The notes: generated from the sequence alone by a model not told the origin. Positions 45,796-54,689 are shown, numbered from the stretch's first letter. The stretch: DNA of 64,000 nucleotides from an uncultured Actinoplanes sp. (GCA_934643405.1 CAKUCL010000006.1:2714-66713), one strand, 5' to 3'. Made by a program: numbers and translations.

Positions 45796-46086
45796 TTGCG
45801 TGGGGATCGCCGCCGTTCGAGGCTGCGCGCACCGGGTTGCGTGGGGACTGCCGCCGTTGGCGGCGGCGCGCGCCCGGGTTGTGTGGGGATTGCCGCCGTT
45901 GGGGGCGGCGTAGTTCCCCACGCTGGGGGTGCTTCGCGTTGTGTGGGGAGTGCGGCCGTTGGGGGCGGCGCGCGTCGGGTTGTGTGGGGAGTGCGGCCGT
46001 TGGGGGCGGCGTAGGTTCCCACGCTGGGGGCGCTTGGCGTTGTGTGGGGAGTGCGGCCGTTGGGGGCGGCGTAACTCCCCACGCTT
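45796..46086. repeat. Tandem array (6 units) of a nested-hairpin REP-like element, family variant A
   Basis: Units start at 45796, 45837, 45879, 45939, 45980 and 46040 (TTGYGTGGGGA...). Full units (60 nt) read GTGGGGA-tt-GCCGCC-gttggg-GGCGGC-gtagt-TCCCCAC-gctgggg. Three units are 41-42 nt truncations lacking the closing TCCCCAC arm. Confidence 0.8.
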
Positions 46087-46144
46087 GGATGGGCTCTGTC
46101 CACAGGGGGGTCCGGCGGGGCCGCGGTCTTGGCAAGGTGGCTCG

Positions 46145-47092
46145 ATGCTGACTTTGCCGGGCCGCGATGCCGACGAGTTCGAGTGGGTTCGTTTCGAACA
46201 AGCCGGAGTGCTGACGACCGCTCAGGCCCAGGAGCTGATCGGGCGCTCGGCCGTCCGCCGGCACCTCGACGGCGGCCGCTGGCGTCGCATCTGCCGGGAC
46301 GTCGTGTCCACACACAACGGGCCGCTCACCGCCGACCAGCGTCTGTGGGTGGCGGTGCTCGTGGCCGGGCGGGACGCCGTGCTGGCGGGAAGTACGGCGC
46401 TGCGGGTGTTCGGGGTGCGGGGCATCCGGGAGGAGCGGCTTCACATACTCATCCCGGCGCAACGGAACCGGTCGGTCCGTCTGCCTCGGCTGCCCGGCGA
46501 CATGTCAGCGGTGCGGATCGTCCGGACTCGAACACTTCCTCCCGAGCATCTCCAGATCGGGCGTCCACCCCGGACCACTGCCGCTCGTGCGGCCGTCGAC
46601 GCGGCGATCTGGGCGGGCAACGCCGGGGAGGCGCGCGCGATCCTTGCGGCCGTGTGCCAGCAGCGAGCCGTGACGGCTGACGAGATCTTCGAGGTGCTGG
46701 CCGCGCGGCGCCGAGTACCCAGATCGGCGTTGATCCGAGCCACGATGCTGGACGTCGCGGGCGGGGCCGCCGCGCTGTCGGAGATCAACTTTCTGCGGAT
46801 GTGCCGCCGTTTCGGGCTACCGGAACCCGATCGCCAAGTACGCCGGGACGACACCCAGGGCCGGGCAAGATATCTCGATGTCTATGGGAAGCGCTGGCAG
46901 GTGCATGTCGAGGTGGACGGATCCCATCACATGGATGCCGAGCACTGGGTTGCCGACATGGTTCGTCAGAACGACATCTGGATCAAAGGTGACCGGATTC
47001 TGCGTTTTCCGGCGCAGATGGTCCGTCAAGAGCCGGCGCGGGTCGCACGGCAACTGCAAGCCGCGCTGGAGTCGGCGGGCTGGCGCGCGTGA
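46145..47092 (+). CDS. DUF559 / Vsr-like endonuclease-fold protein with an AbiEi-like N-terminal region
   Basis: 315 aa from ATG 46145. C-terminal YLDVYGKRWQVHVEVDGSHH...ILRFP is typical of DUF559. The track ORF start (45929) lies inside the repeat array and is rejected. Confidence 0.75.
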   Translation: MLTLPGRDADEFEWVRFEQAGVLTTAQAQELIGRSAVRRHLDGGRWRRICRDVVSTHNGPLTADQRLWVAVLVAGRDAVLAGSTALRVFGVRGIREERLHILIPAQRNRSVRLPRLPGDMSAVRIVRTRTLPPEHLQIGRPPRTTAARAAVDAAIWAGNAGEARAILAAVCQQRAVTADEIFEVLAARRRVPRSALIRATMLDVAGGAAALSEINFLRMCRRFGLPEPDRQVRRDDTQGRARYLDVYGKRWQVHVEVDGSHHMDAEHWVADMVRQNDIWIKGDRILRFPAQMVRQEPARVARQLQAALESAGWRA

Positions 47093-47104
47093 CCCACGCC
47101 CGGC

Positions 47105-47265
47105 TCCTGGCGGAGGGCGACGGGGGAAAGGCGGCGGGCGATGGGCGGCGGGCGGCGGGCAAGGAAAGGAGGGCGATGGGCGGAAGGCGAGGGGCGGAGG
47201 GCGAGGGGTGAGGGGCGGAGGGCAAGGAACGGAGGGCGAGGGGCGAAGGGCGGAGGGGCGAGCGC
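47105..47265 (+). repeat. G-tract-rich purine microsatellite (G-quadruplex-prone)
   Basis: About 160 nt composed almost only of G, A and isolated C (GGCGAGGGGCGGAGGGCGAGGGGTGAGGGGCGGAGGGCAAGG...). It has about 17 runs of three or more G and lies between convergent stops 47092 and 47303. Confidence 0.7.
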
Positions 47266-47302
47266 GTGAAGTGTGCCGCGCGAGGGGGTGCGGGGCGGCG
47301 GG

Positions 47303-48376
47303 TCAAGCCTTCCAGACGTCCTGGTTCGCCTCGTACATCTCGCGCAGGATCGCCGGGACGTCGTAGGTGAGCTTCCAGTCCGGGTAGTGCTCCTCGAAGC
47401 GGGCGGTGCTGCTGATCCACCACTGGTGGTCGCCGGTGCGGGCCTGGTCGACGTACTCGGTCCGCGCCTCGATGCCGGTGATCTCCGAGGCGATCTTGAA
47501 GGCTTCGATGTGGCTGCAGTTCGAGAAGCGCCCGCCGCCCATGTTGTAGACCTCGGCGACCCGGGGTGCGCGGAAGAACGCCTCGAACGCCGAGACCAGG
47601 TCGTGCGAGTGGATGGCGTCGCGGACCATCTTGCCCTTGTAGCCGAAAATCTTGTACGTCCGCTGCTCCATCACACAGCGCATCACGTACGCCAGGAAGC
47701 CGTGCAGTTCCGCGGCCGAGTGACCCGGCCCGGTCAGCGTGCCGCCCCGGAACACCGCGGTCGGCATGTCGAAGTACCGCCCGTACTCCTGGACCATCAC
47801 GTCGGCCGCCACCTTGCTGGCGCCGAACACCGAGTGCGTGCTCTGGTCGATCGACATCGTCTCGTCGATCCCGCCGTACCACTTGTGGTCGGCCGGCAGC
47901 TCCCAGCGGGTCTCCTGCTCGATCAGCGGCAACGAGTTCGGCAGGTCGCCGTAGACCTTGTTGGTCGAGGTGAAGATGAACGGCGCGCCGGCGCTGTGCT
48001 GCCGGACGGCCTCGAGCATGTTCAGCGTGCCGCCGGCGTTGACGTCGAAGTCGGTGAACGGCTCGCGGGCGGCCCAGTCGTGCGACGGCTGAGCGGCGCA
48101 GTGGATCACCAGACCGACGTCCTTACCCAGCTTCGCGAACAGCGCGTTCAGCCCGTCGCGGTCGCGGATGTCCAGGTCATGGTGGGTGTACCGGGCGCCG
48201 GCCTCCTTCTTGAGCCGGTCCAGGTTCCACTTGGTGGAGCCGTCCGAACCGAAGAAGTAGCCGCGCATGTCGTTGTCGACACCGACCACGTCCATGCCGA
48301 GCCCGGCGAAGTGCCGGACCGACTCCGAACCGATCAGGCCGGCCGAGCCGGTGACCACGACGACACTGCTCATCAA
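47303..48376 (-). CDS. NAD-dependent epimerase/dehydratase (CDP-paratose-2-epimerase-like extended SDR)
   Basis: TGSAGLIGS Rossmann motif and FTSTNKVYG. The expected YxxxK is FGASK (Phe in place of Tyr). Confidence 0.85.
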   Translation of the reverse strand: MMSSVVVVTGSAGLIGSESVRHFAGLGMDVVGVDNDMRGYFFGSDGSTKWNLDRLKKEAGARYTHHDLDIRDRDGLNALFAKLGKDVGLVIHCAAQPSHDWAAREPFTDFDVNAGGTLNMLEAVRQHSAGAPFIFTSTNKVYGDLPNSLPLIEQETRWELPADHKWYGGIDETMSIDQSTHSVFGASKVAADVMVQEYGRYFDMPTAVFRGGTLTGPGHSAAELHGFLAYVMRCVMEQRTYKIFGYKGKMVRDAIHSHDLVSAFEAFFRAPRVAEVYNMGGGRFSNCSHIEAFKIASEITGIEARTEYVDQARTGDHQWWISSTARFEEHYPDWKLTYDVPAILREMYEANQDVWKA

Positions 48377-48568
48377 GACCTCCGCGGAAGGTGGGGCGGA
48401 ACGGGGCCGAGGTTACAGGGCGTGCGCACCCGGCCGGTCCGGTGGTCGCCGTGTCGAACTGATCATGCTTGGCGCGAGCCCGAAATGGGCACGTCACAGG
48501 ATCGGCACATCCCACCGTGAGGGTGCGTCGACAGGCACATCGCTGAACTGAGGACATGGGCGGTCTGA

Positions 48569-51145
48569 ATGACGGAGTCTCTTCGGGTCACGGCGGACGA
48601 CACCGCCACGGGACCGGACCTCACGCTCGGCGTGGAAGAGGAACTGCATGTGGTCGACCTGGTGACCCGGGAACTGGTGCCGCGCGCACCGGAGATCCTG
48701 GCCCGGCTCGACCCGCAACACTTCTCCGCCGAGTTGCACCGCTCGGTGGTGGAGACGAACACCCCGGTGTCCGGCACGCTGGACGGCCTGCGCGACGGGA
48801 TCGTGGCCCGGCGGCGGCGCGCGATCGAGGTCGCCGAGTCGCTGGGGCTGGGCCTGGTGGCGGCCGGGACCGTCCCGCTGGTCGATCTGGAGTCACTCCC
48901 GGTGACGCCGACGTCGCGCTACCGGCGGATGCTCGACGACTACCAGCTGCTCGCCCGGGAACAGCTGATCTGCGGCGCCCAGGTGCACGTCGGCGTGCCC
49001 GACCGGGACGAGGCGGTCGCGGTCGCCCAGCGGATCACGCCGGTGCTGCCGGTGCTGCTCGCGATCTCGGCCAGCTCGCCGTACTGGATGGGTGAGGACT
49101 CCGGCTACGCCAGCGTGCGCTCGCTGGTCTGGCTGCGCTGGCCCACGGCCGGCGACCCGGGCGTGCTGAACTCGGCGGCCGAGCACGACGAGCTGGTCGC
49201 GGATCTGCTCGCCTCGGGCACGATCACCGATCCGAAGATGGTCTATTTCGACGTACGGCCGTCGGCGCACCTGCCGACCGTGGAGCTGCGGGTCACCGAC
49301 TCGAGCCCGGACGCGGACACGGTCGTGCTGCTCGCGGGCCTGTTCCGCGCGCTCGTGCTGCGCGCCCGCCAGGACCACCGCGCCGGACTCCCCGCGCCAC
49401 GCACCAGGCCACCGCTGCACCGGGCGGCGATGTGGCGGGCCGCGCGGTCGGGACTCGAGGGCGACCTGCTCGACCTGCCGCGTTCGCCGGAGCCGGTGCC
49501 GGCCGCGGTCGCGGTGGAACGGCTCGTCGACGAGCTGCGGCCGCAGCTGGAGGAGCTGGGTGACTGGGAGCAGGTGTTCGACCTGTCGGTGCGGGCGCTC
49601 AGCCGGGGCAGCTCGGCCGCTCGTCAGCGCCGGGCCCTGGCGCGCCGCGGCCGCATCTCCGACGTGGTGGATCTGGTGGTCGCCGACACCCGGGGCGGCG
49701 CGACCGGGATCGGTCCGGAGGGCCAGTCGGTGCCGGCCGGTCTCTTCCCGTACGCGACCGACGGCGACGAGGCTTTCCCGGACGGCGAGGTGGCCGCGCC
49801 GTACGCGGGAATCCTGGAGGTGCTGCAATCGCTGGGCTCCGGTGGCTTGCGCCGCCGCGAGGACGCGCGGGACGACGAGCAGCGCTCCCGGGGCATCACC
49901 TTCAGCGTGGCGGGCGAGGCGGCCACCCGGCTGTTCCCGTTCGACCTGGTGCCGCGGATCGTCCCGGCCGCCGACTGGAGCCGGCTGCGCGACGGGCTCA
50001 CCCAGCGGGTCCGGGCGCTGAATCTCTTCATCGCGGACGTGTACGGCGAGCGGGCCGCGGTGAAGGACGGCGTGATCCCGGAGTGGGTGATCGACGGGTC
50101 GCCGGAGCTGCGGCCCAGCGGCGCGCTGGTCTCGCACGCCGGGGTGCGCGCCCAGGTGGCCGGCGTCGACCTGGTGCGCGACGCGGACGGCCGCTGGTGC
50201 GTGCTGGAGGACAACCTGCGGGTGCCGTCCGGGATCGCCTACGCCATGCAGAACCGCCGGCTCACCGAGAGCGTGCTGCCCGAGCTGCCGGAACCCGACG
50301 GGCTGATCTCGGTGGAGAACACCCCGAAGCTGCTGCGGCGCGCGTTGCTCGACGCGGCCCGCCCGGCCGCCGGCGACGACCCGAAGCTGGTGGTGCTGAG
50401 CCAGGGACCGGAGGATTCGGCCTGGTTCGAGCACCGGATGCTGGCCGAGGAGATGGGTGTGCCGGTGGTCCGCAGCACCGAGCTGTTCGTCGAGGACCAC
50501 CGGGTGTACCGGCTGCGCGACGGCAAGCGCTACCCGGTCGACGTCGTCTACCTGCGGATGGACGAGGACACGCTGGTGCACGCGCCGGGCGCGGACGGGA
50601 TGCCGCTCGGCGCCTCGCTGGTCGGTGCACTGCACGCCGACACGGTGGTGCTGGCCAACGCGCTGGGCAACGGGATCGGCGACGACAAGTCGGTCTACGC
50701 GTACGTGCACCGGCTGATCGAGTACTACCTGGGCGAGAAGCCCCTGCTCGCCGACGTGCCGACGTATCTGTGCGGCATCCCGGAGCAGCGGGCCGAGGTG
50801 CTGGACCGGCTGTCCGAACTGGTCTGCAAACCCGTCGACGGGTACGGCGGGGACCGCATCGTGATCGGCCCGCACGCCTCGCCCGCGGACCTCGACGCGG
50901 TCCGCCGCCAGATCCGGGCGGCGCCGCACCGCTGGGTCGCCCAGGAGGTGGTGTGCCTGTCCACCCATCCGGTCTTCGACGGCCACCAGCTCGGCCCGCG
51001 CCACGTCGACCTGCGCGCCTTCGTGTTCAGCGGCGCCGGGAGTGTCGTCGCGCCGGCCGCGCTGACCCGGGTGGCGCCGGCCGGCAGCATGATCGTCAAT
51101 TCTTCGCGAGGCGGCGGCTCCAAGGACACGTGGCTGCTCTCCTGA
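48569..51145 (+). CDS. Fusion: GCS2/YbdK-type carboxylate-amine ligase plus circularly permuted type-2 ATP-grasp
   Basis: N-terminal ~375 aa are YbdK-like (LTLGVEEELHVVD, GAQVHVGVPD, YFDVRPS). C-terminal ~460 aa are CP-ATP-grasp-2-like (FDLVPRIVPAADWSRLRDGLTQRVRALNLFIADVYG, VLANALGNGIGDDKSVY). Confidence 0.85.
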   Translation: MTESLRVTADDTATGPDLTLGVEEELHVVDLVTRELVPRAPEILARLDPQHFSAELHRSVVETNTPVSGTLDGLRDGIVARRRRAIEVAESLGLGLVAAGTVPLVDLESLPVTPTSRYRRMLDDYQLLAREQLICGAQVHVGVPDRDEAVAVAQRITPVLPVLLAISASSPYWMGEDSGYASVRSLVWLRWPTAGDPGVLNSAAEHDELVADLLASGTITDPKMVYFDVRPSAHLPTVELRVTDSSPDADTVVLLAGLFRALVLRARQDHRAGLPAPRTRPPLHRAAMWRAARSGLEGDLLDLPRSPEPVPAAVAVERLVDELRPQLEELGDWEQVFDLSVRALSRGSSAARQRRALARRGRISDVVDLVVADTRGGATGIGPEGQSVPAGLFPYATDGDEAFPDGEVAAPYAGILEVLQSLGSGGLRRREDARDDEQRSRGITFSVAGEAATRLFPFDLVPRIVPAADWSRLRDGLTQRVRALNLFIADVYGERAAVKDGVIPEWVIDGSPELRPSGALVSHAGVRAQVAGVDLVRDADGRWCVLEDNLRVPSGIAYAMQNRRLTESVLPELPEPDGLISVENTPKLLRRALLDAARPAAGDDPKLVVLSQGPEDSAWFEHRMLAEEMGVPVVRSTELFVEDHRVYRLRDGKRYPVDVVYLRMDEDTLVHAPGADGMPLGASLVGALHADTVVLANALGNGIGDDKSVYAYVHRLIEYYLGEKPLLADVPTYLCGIPEQRAEVLDRLSELVCKPVDGYGGDRIVIGPHASPADLDAVRRQIRAAPHRWVAQEVVCLSTHPVFDGHQLGPRHVDLRAFVFSGAGSVVAPAALTRVAPAGSMIVNSSRGGGSKDTWLLS

Positions 51146-51166
51146 CCAGTTGTGGAGGTTCTCCTC

Positions 51167-52939
51167 ATGTGCGGCATCGCCGGTGAGCTTCGATTCGACG
51201 GACGCGCGGCGGACGAGGAAGCGGTGCGGCGGATGCTGCCCCGCCTGGCCTCGCGCGGACCGGACGGCGAGGGCGTGTTCAGCCGCGCCCGGGTCGCCTT
51301 CGGCCACCGGCGCTTGAAGATCATCGACCTGTCCGACGCGGGCGGGCAGCCGATGACCGACGACGAGCTCGGGCTCACCCTCGTCTTCAACGGCTGCATC
51401 TACAACTACCAGCAGCTTCGCGACGAGCTCCGCGGGTACGGCTACCGGTTCTCCTCCACCTCGGACACCGAGGTGATTCTGAAGGCCTACCACCGCTGGG
51501 GTCCGGACTGCGTGACGCGGTTTCTCGGCATGTTCGCGTTCGCGATCGTCTCTCATCAGGACGGGACGGTCATGCTGGCCCGCGACCGGCTCGGGATCAA
51601 GCCGTTGTACCTGGCCGAGACCCCGGGGCGGCTACGGTTCGCCTCGACGCTGCCGGCGCTGCTCGCGGCGGGCGACGTCGACACGTCGCTGGACAAGGTC
51701 GCGCTCCAGCACTACATGACGTTCCACTCGGTGGTCCCGGCCCCGAGGACCATCCTTGCGGGCGTACGGAAGTTGCCGCCCGCCACCGTGCGGATCCTGC
51801 GCGCCGACGGATCGTCGCAGGAGCGCGTCTACTGGGAGGCGTCGTTCACCCGCGACCGGGACGTCCCCGCGGCGGAGTGGCCGGCGCTGATCCACTCGGC
51901 CCTGGCGCGCGCGGTGGAGCGGCGGATGGTCGCGGACGTGCCGGTCGGGGTGCTGCTGTCCGGCGGGATCGACTCCAGCTACATCGTGGCCCTGCTCGCG
52001 GCCCAGGGGCAGCGCGGGCTCACCACGTTCAGCATCGGGTTCGAGGCGGCCGGCGGGGAGAGCGGCGACGAGTTCGCGTACTCGGACATCATCGCGAAGC
52101 AGTTCGACACCGAGCACCACCAGATCCGGATCGGCCGGGACCGCTTCCTGCCGGCGGTGGACCGGACGGTCGCGGCCATGAGCGAGCCGATGGTGTCGCA
52201 CGACTGCATCGCGTTCAACCTGCTCAGCGAGGACGTGTCGAAGCACGTCAAGGTCGTGCAGTCCGGGCAGGGCGCGGACGAGATCCTGGCCGGGTACAGC
52301 TGGTACCCGCCGCTGGTCGACGTGCCCCGTGATCAGGCCGTCGATGCCTACGCCGCGGAGTTCTTCGACCGTACGCACGCTCGTCTCGCCCGGCAGCTCG
52401 CGCCCGAGTGGCTGGTCGGCCGGGACGTCAGCCGGGAGTTCGTCGAGGCGAGCTTCGCCCGGCCCGGCGCCGGCACCGCGGTCGACGCGGCGTTGCGGCT
52501 GGACTCGCAGGTGATGCTCGTCGACGATCCGGTCAAGCGGGTCGACAACATGACGATGGCGTGGGGGCTGGAGGCTCGCGTACCGTTCCTCGACCACGAG
52601 CTGGTCGAGCTGGCCGCGGCCTGCCCGCCCGAGCTGAAGCTGGCGCACGGCGGCAAGGGGGTGCTCAAGGAGGCGGCCCGCGGCGTCGTGCCGGACGAGG
52701 TGATCGACCGCACCAAGGGCTACTTCCCGGTGCCCGGCATCCGGCACCTGGAGGGGGCGATGCTCGAGAAGGTCCGCGCCGCGCTGTCCGCGCCCGCGGC
52801 CCGCGACCGCGGGTTGTTCCGGCCGGAGTACGTGGACCTCCTGCTGGCCGACCCGAACACGCCCCGCACCACGCTGGGCGCCAACCAGCTGTGGCAGCTG
52901 GCCCTGCTGGAGATGTGGCTTCAAGACAAGGGGATCTGA
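51167..52939 (+). CDS. Glutamine-hydrolysing asparagine-synthase-family amidotransferase (AsnO/AsnB-like)
   Basis: The Ntn start MCGIAG requires Cys2, so the start is ATG 51167, not 51152. PP-loop LLSGGIDSSYIV. Confidence 0.9.
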   Translation: MCGIAGELRFDGRAADEEAVRRMLPRLASRGPDGEGVFSRARVAFGHRRLKIIDLSDAGGQPMTDDELGLTLVFNGCIYNYQQLRDELRGYGYRFSSTSDTEVILKAYHRWGPDCVTRFLGMFAFAIVSHQDGTVMLARDRLGIKPLYLAETPGRLRFASTLPALLAAGDVDTSLDKVALQHYMTFHSVVPAPRTILAGVRKLPPATVRILRADGSSQERVYWEASFTRDRDVPAAEWPALIHSALARAVERRMVADVPVGVLLSGGIDSSYIVALLAAQGQRGLTTFSIGFEAAGGESGDEFAYSDIIAKQFDTEHHQIRIGRDRFLPAVDRTVAAMSEPMVSHDCIAFNLLSEDVSKHVKVVQSGQGADEILAGYSWYPPLVDVPRDQAVDAYAAEFFDRTHARLARQLAPEWLVGRDVSREFVEASFARPGAGTAVDAALRLDSQVMLVDDPVKRVDNMTMAWGLEARVPFLDHELVELAAACPPELKLAHGGKGVLKEAARGVVPDEVIDRTKGYFPVPGIRHLEGAMLEKVRAALSAPAARDRGLFRPEYVDLLLADPNTPRTTLGANQLWQLALLEMWLQDKGI

Positions 52940-52946
52940 GTCGTTC

Positions 52947-54689
52947 ATGGGTGGTGACGTCACCGTTCTGCCGCTGGGCTGGACGAGTCTGACCCTCGCG
53001 TCCGAGGCGTCCGGAAGCTGGTCGCCGACGCTGTCCCCGGACGGCATGCACGCGGCCTACGTGTCCGACCGCAGCGGTCGCCCGCAGGTGTGGGTGCAGC
53101 CGGTCGGCTCGTCGCTGGCGTTCCTGGTGGACACCGGGCCGGCGCCGGTCTCGGCGGTGCAGTGGTCGACCGGCGGCGGGTGGCTGGCCTGTCAGCTGGC
53201 GCCGGGCGGGGCGCCACGGCACGAGGTGTGGCTGGTCCGGCCGGACGGGTCGGGGCTGCATCAGGTGGCCGGCTTCGGCAGCGACACCGCGGACACCATG
53301 CGGTGGCTGCCGGGCCGCTCGCTGCTGGCGGTGACCGAGAACCTGACGACCGCCCTGCTGATCGACCCGGTGGCGAGTTCCCGGACGATCATCACGACCG
53401 GCGAGCTGATCTCGCTGCTCGACGTGAACGCCGACGGGGATCGGGCGCTGCTGCGGGTGGGGCCGCGCGGGGATCGCACGATCGTGCTGCGCGCGTTGCC
53501 GGACGGGCCCGACGAGCCGGTCGCGGTCGGCGAGCAGGCGGTGTTCGGGCCGGACGGCCGGACCGTCTACGCGCGGTCGGAGGACGGCGAGTTCCCGGTG
53601 CTGGTGCGGGACGGTGTTCGGCTCACCCCGGTGGTGGACTCCGAGGTGGAGGCGTTCGCGCTCACCGCCGACGGGCGGCGGGTGGCCGTGCTGTGGAACG
53701 TCCGCGGTGGCCAATCGGAGGTCTCGCTTCTCGCGGAACGATCGCTGCCGTTGCCGGGGCCGGTGGTGAGCGGGCTGACCTGGAGCTTCGACGGGTCGGC
53801 GCTGGCGTTCACGGCCGAGGGGCCGGGGCAGCCCCATGGCGTGTGGGTCTACACGGACGCCGGCGGCCTGGTGGCGGTCTCGGCGGATCCGGCCGCGGCC
53901 GACGCCGTACGGCCGAGCCTGGAGGCCTTCGCGGCGCACGACGGGCTCACGTTGACCGGGTGGTTGTTCCGGCCGCGGACGCCCGGGCCGCACCCGGCGG
54001 TGGTGTGGCTGCACGGCGGGCCGGAGGCGCAGGAGAGGCCGGGGCACGGCCCGCTGTTCCAGTCGCTGGTGGCGCGGGGCATCGCGGTCTTCGCGCCGAA
54101 CGTGCGGGGGTCGTCGGGCTTCGGGCGCACATTCGTCAACGCGGACAATCTGGGCTTGCGGTACGGCGCGGTCGAGGACGTGCGATCATCCGTTCGGTAC
54201 CTGGTCAATGGGGGTATCGCCGACACATCGCGCGTCGGGTGCATGGGTCGTTCCTACGGCGGATACTTGACGTTGGCCGCGTTGACCTCCTTCCCCGACC
54301 TGTTCGCGGTCGGGATCGACGTCTGCGGCATGTCCAACTTTTTCACCTTTTATGAGCACACGGAGCCGTGGATCGCGGCGGCGGCCGTGTCGAAGTACGG
54401 GGACCCGATCGCCGACAGGGATCTGCTGGCCGATCTGTCCCCGATCAACCGCATCGACCGGCTGAAGGCTCCGCTGCTGATAGTCCACGGCGAGAACGAC
54501 AGCAACGTGCCGGTGATCGAGGCCGAGCAGGTGGCGCGGGCCCTCGCCGCCCGGGGCGTCGAGCACCGATACCTGCTCTTCCCCGACGAGGGCCACGAGC
54601 TGCTGCACCGGTCCAGCCGAGCCGACTACCTGCGCGAGACAGTCGACTGGCTGACCACCCACCTCCTGCCGCCCCCGCACCGCCCGTAG
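52947..54689 (+). CDS. S9-family serine peptidase (beta-propeller plus alpha/beta hydrolase)
   Basis: GRSYGG nucleophile elbow, HGENDSNV (Asp), FPDEGHEL (His). N-terminal propeller-like repeats. Confidence 0.9.
   Translation: MGGDVTVLPLGWTSLTLASEASGSWSPTLSPDGMHAAYVSDRSGRPQVWVQPVGSSLAFLVDTGPAPVSAVQWSTGGGWLACQLAPGGAPRHEVWLVRPDGSGLHQVAGFGSDTADTMRWLPGRSLLAVTENLTTALLIDPVASSRTIITTGELISLLDVNADGDRALLRVGPRGDRTIVLRALPDGPDEPVAVGEQAVFGPDGRTVYARSEDGEFPVLVRDGVRLTPVVDSEVEAFALTADGRRVAVLWNVRGGQSEVSLLAERSLPLPGPVVSGLTWSFDGSALAFTAEGPGQPHGVWVYTDAGGLVAVSADPAAADAVRPSLEAFAAHDGLTLTGWLFRPRTPGPHPAVVWLHGGPEAQERPGHGPLFQSLVARGIAVFAPNVRGSSGFGRTFVNADNLGLRYGAVEDVRSSVRYLVNGGIADTSRVGCMGRSYGGYLTLAALTSFPDLFAVGIDVCGMSNFFTFYEHTEPWIAAAAVSKYGDPIADRDLLADLSPINRIDRLKAPLLIVHGENDSNVPVIEAEQVARALAARGVEHRYLLFPDEGHELLHRSSRADYLRETVDWLTTHLLPPPHRP

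Noticed and set aside
45796-46086. Possible CRISPR array (regularly spaced ~30-nt GTGTGGGGAGTGCGGCCGTTGGGGGCGGCG units)
   Set aside because: The 'spacers' are either 11 nt long or are near-identical to each other (TAGTTCCCCACGCTGGGGGTGCTTCGCGTT versus TAGGTTCCCACGCTGGGGGCGCTTGGCGTT). They also pair with the 'repeat' to form one long hairpin. No cas genes are nearby. This is REP-like behaviour, not CRISPR. The same reasoning applies to 54692-54866.
46878-47366. 162-aa ORF translating the G-tract region (..GGGRWAAGGGQGKEGDGRKARGGGRG..)
   Set aside because: It is a pure translation of the purine microsatellite. It overlaps the end of the DUF559 gene and the 3' end of the epimerase gene.
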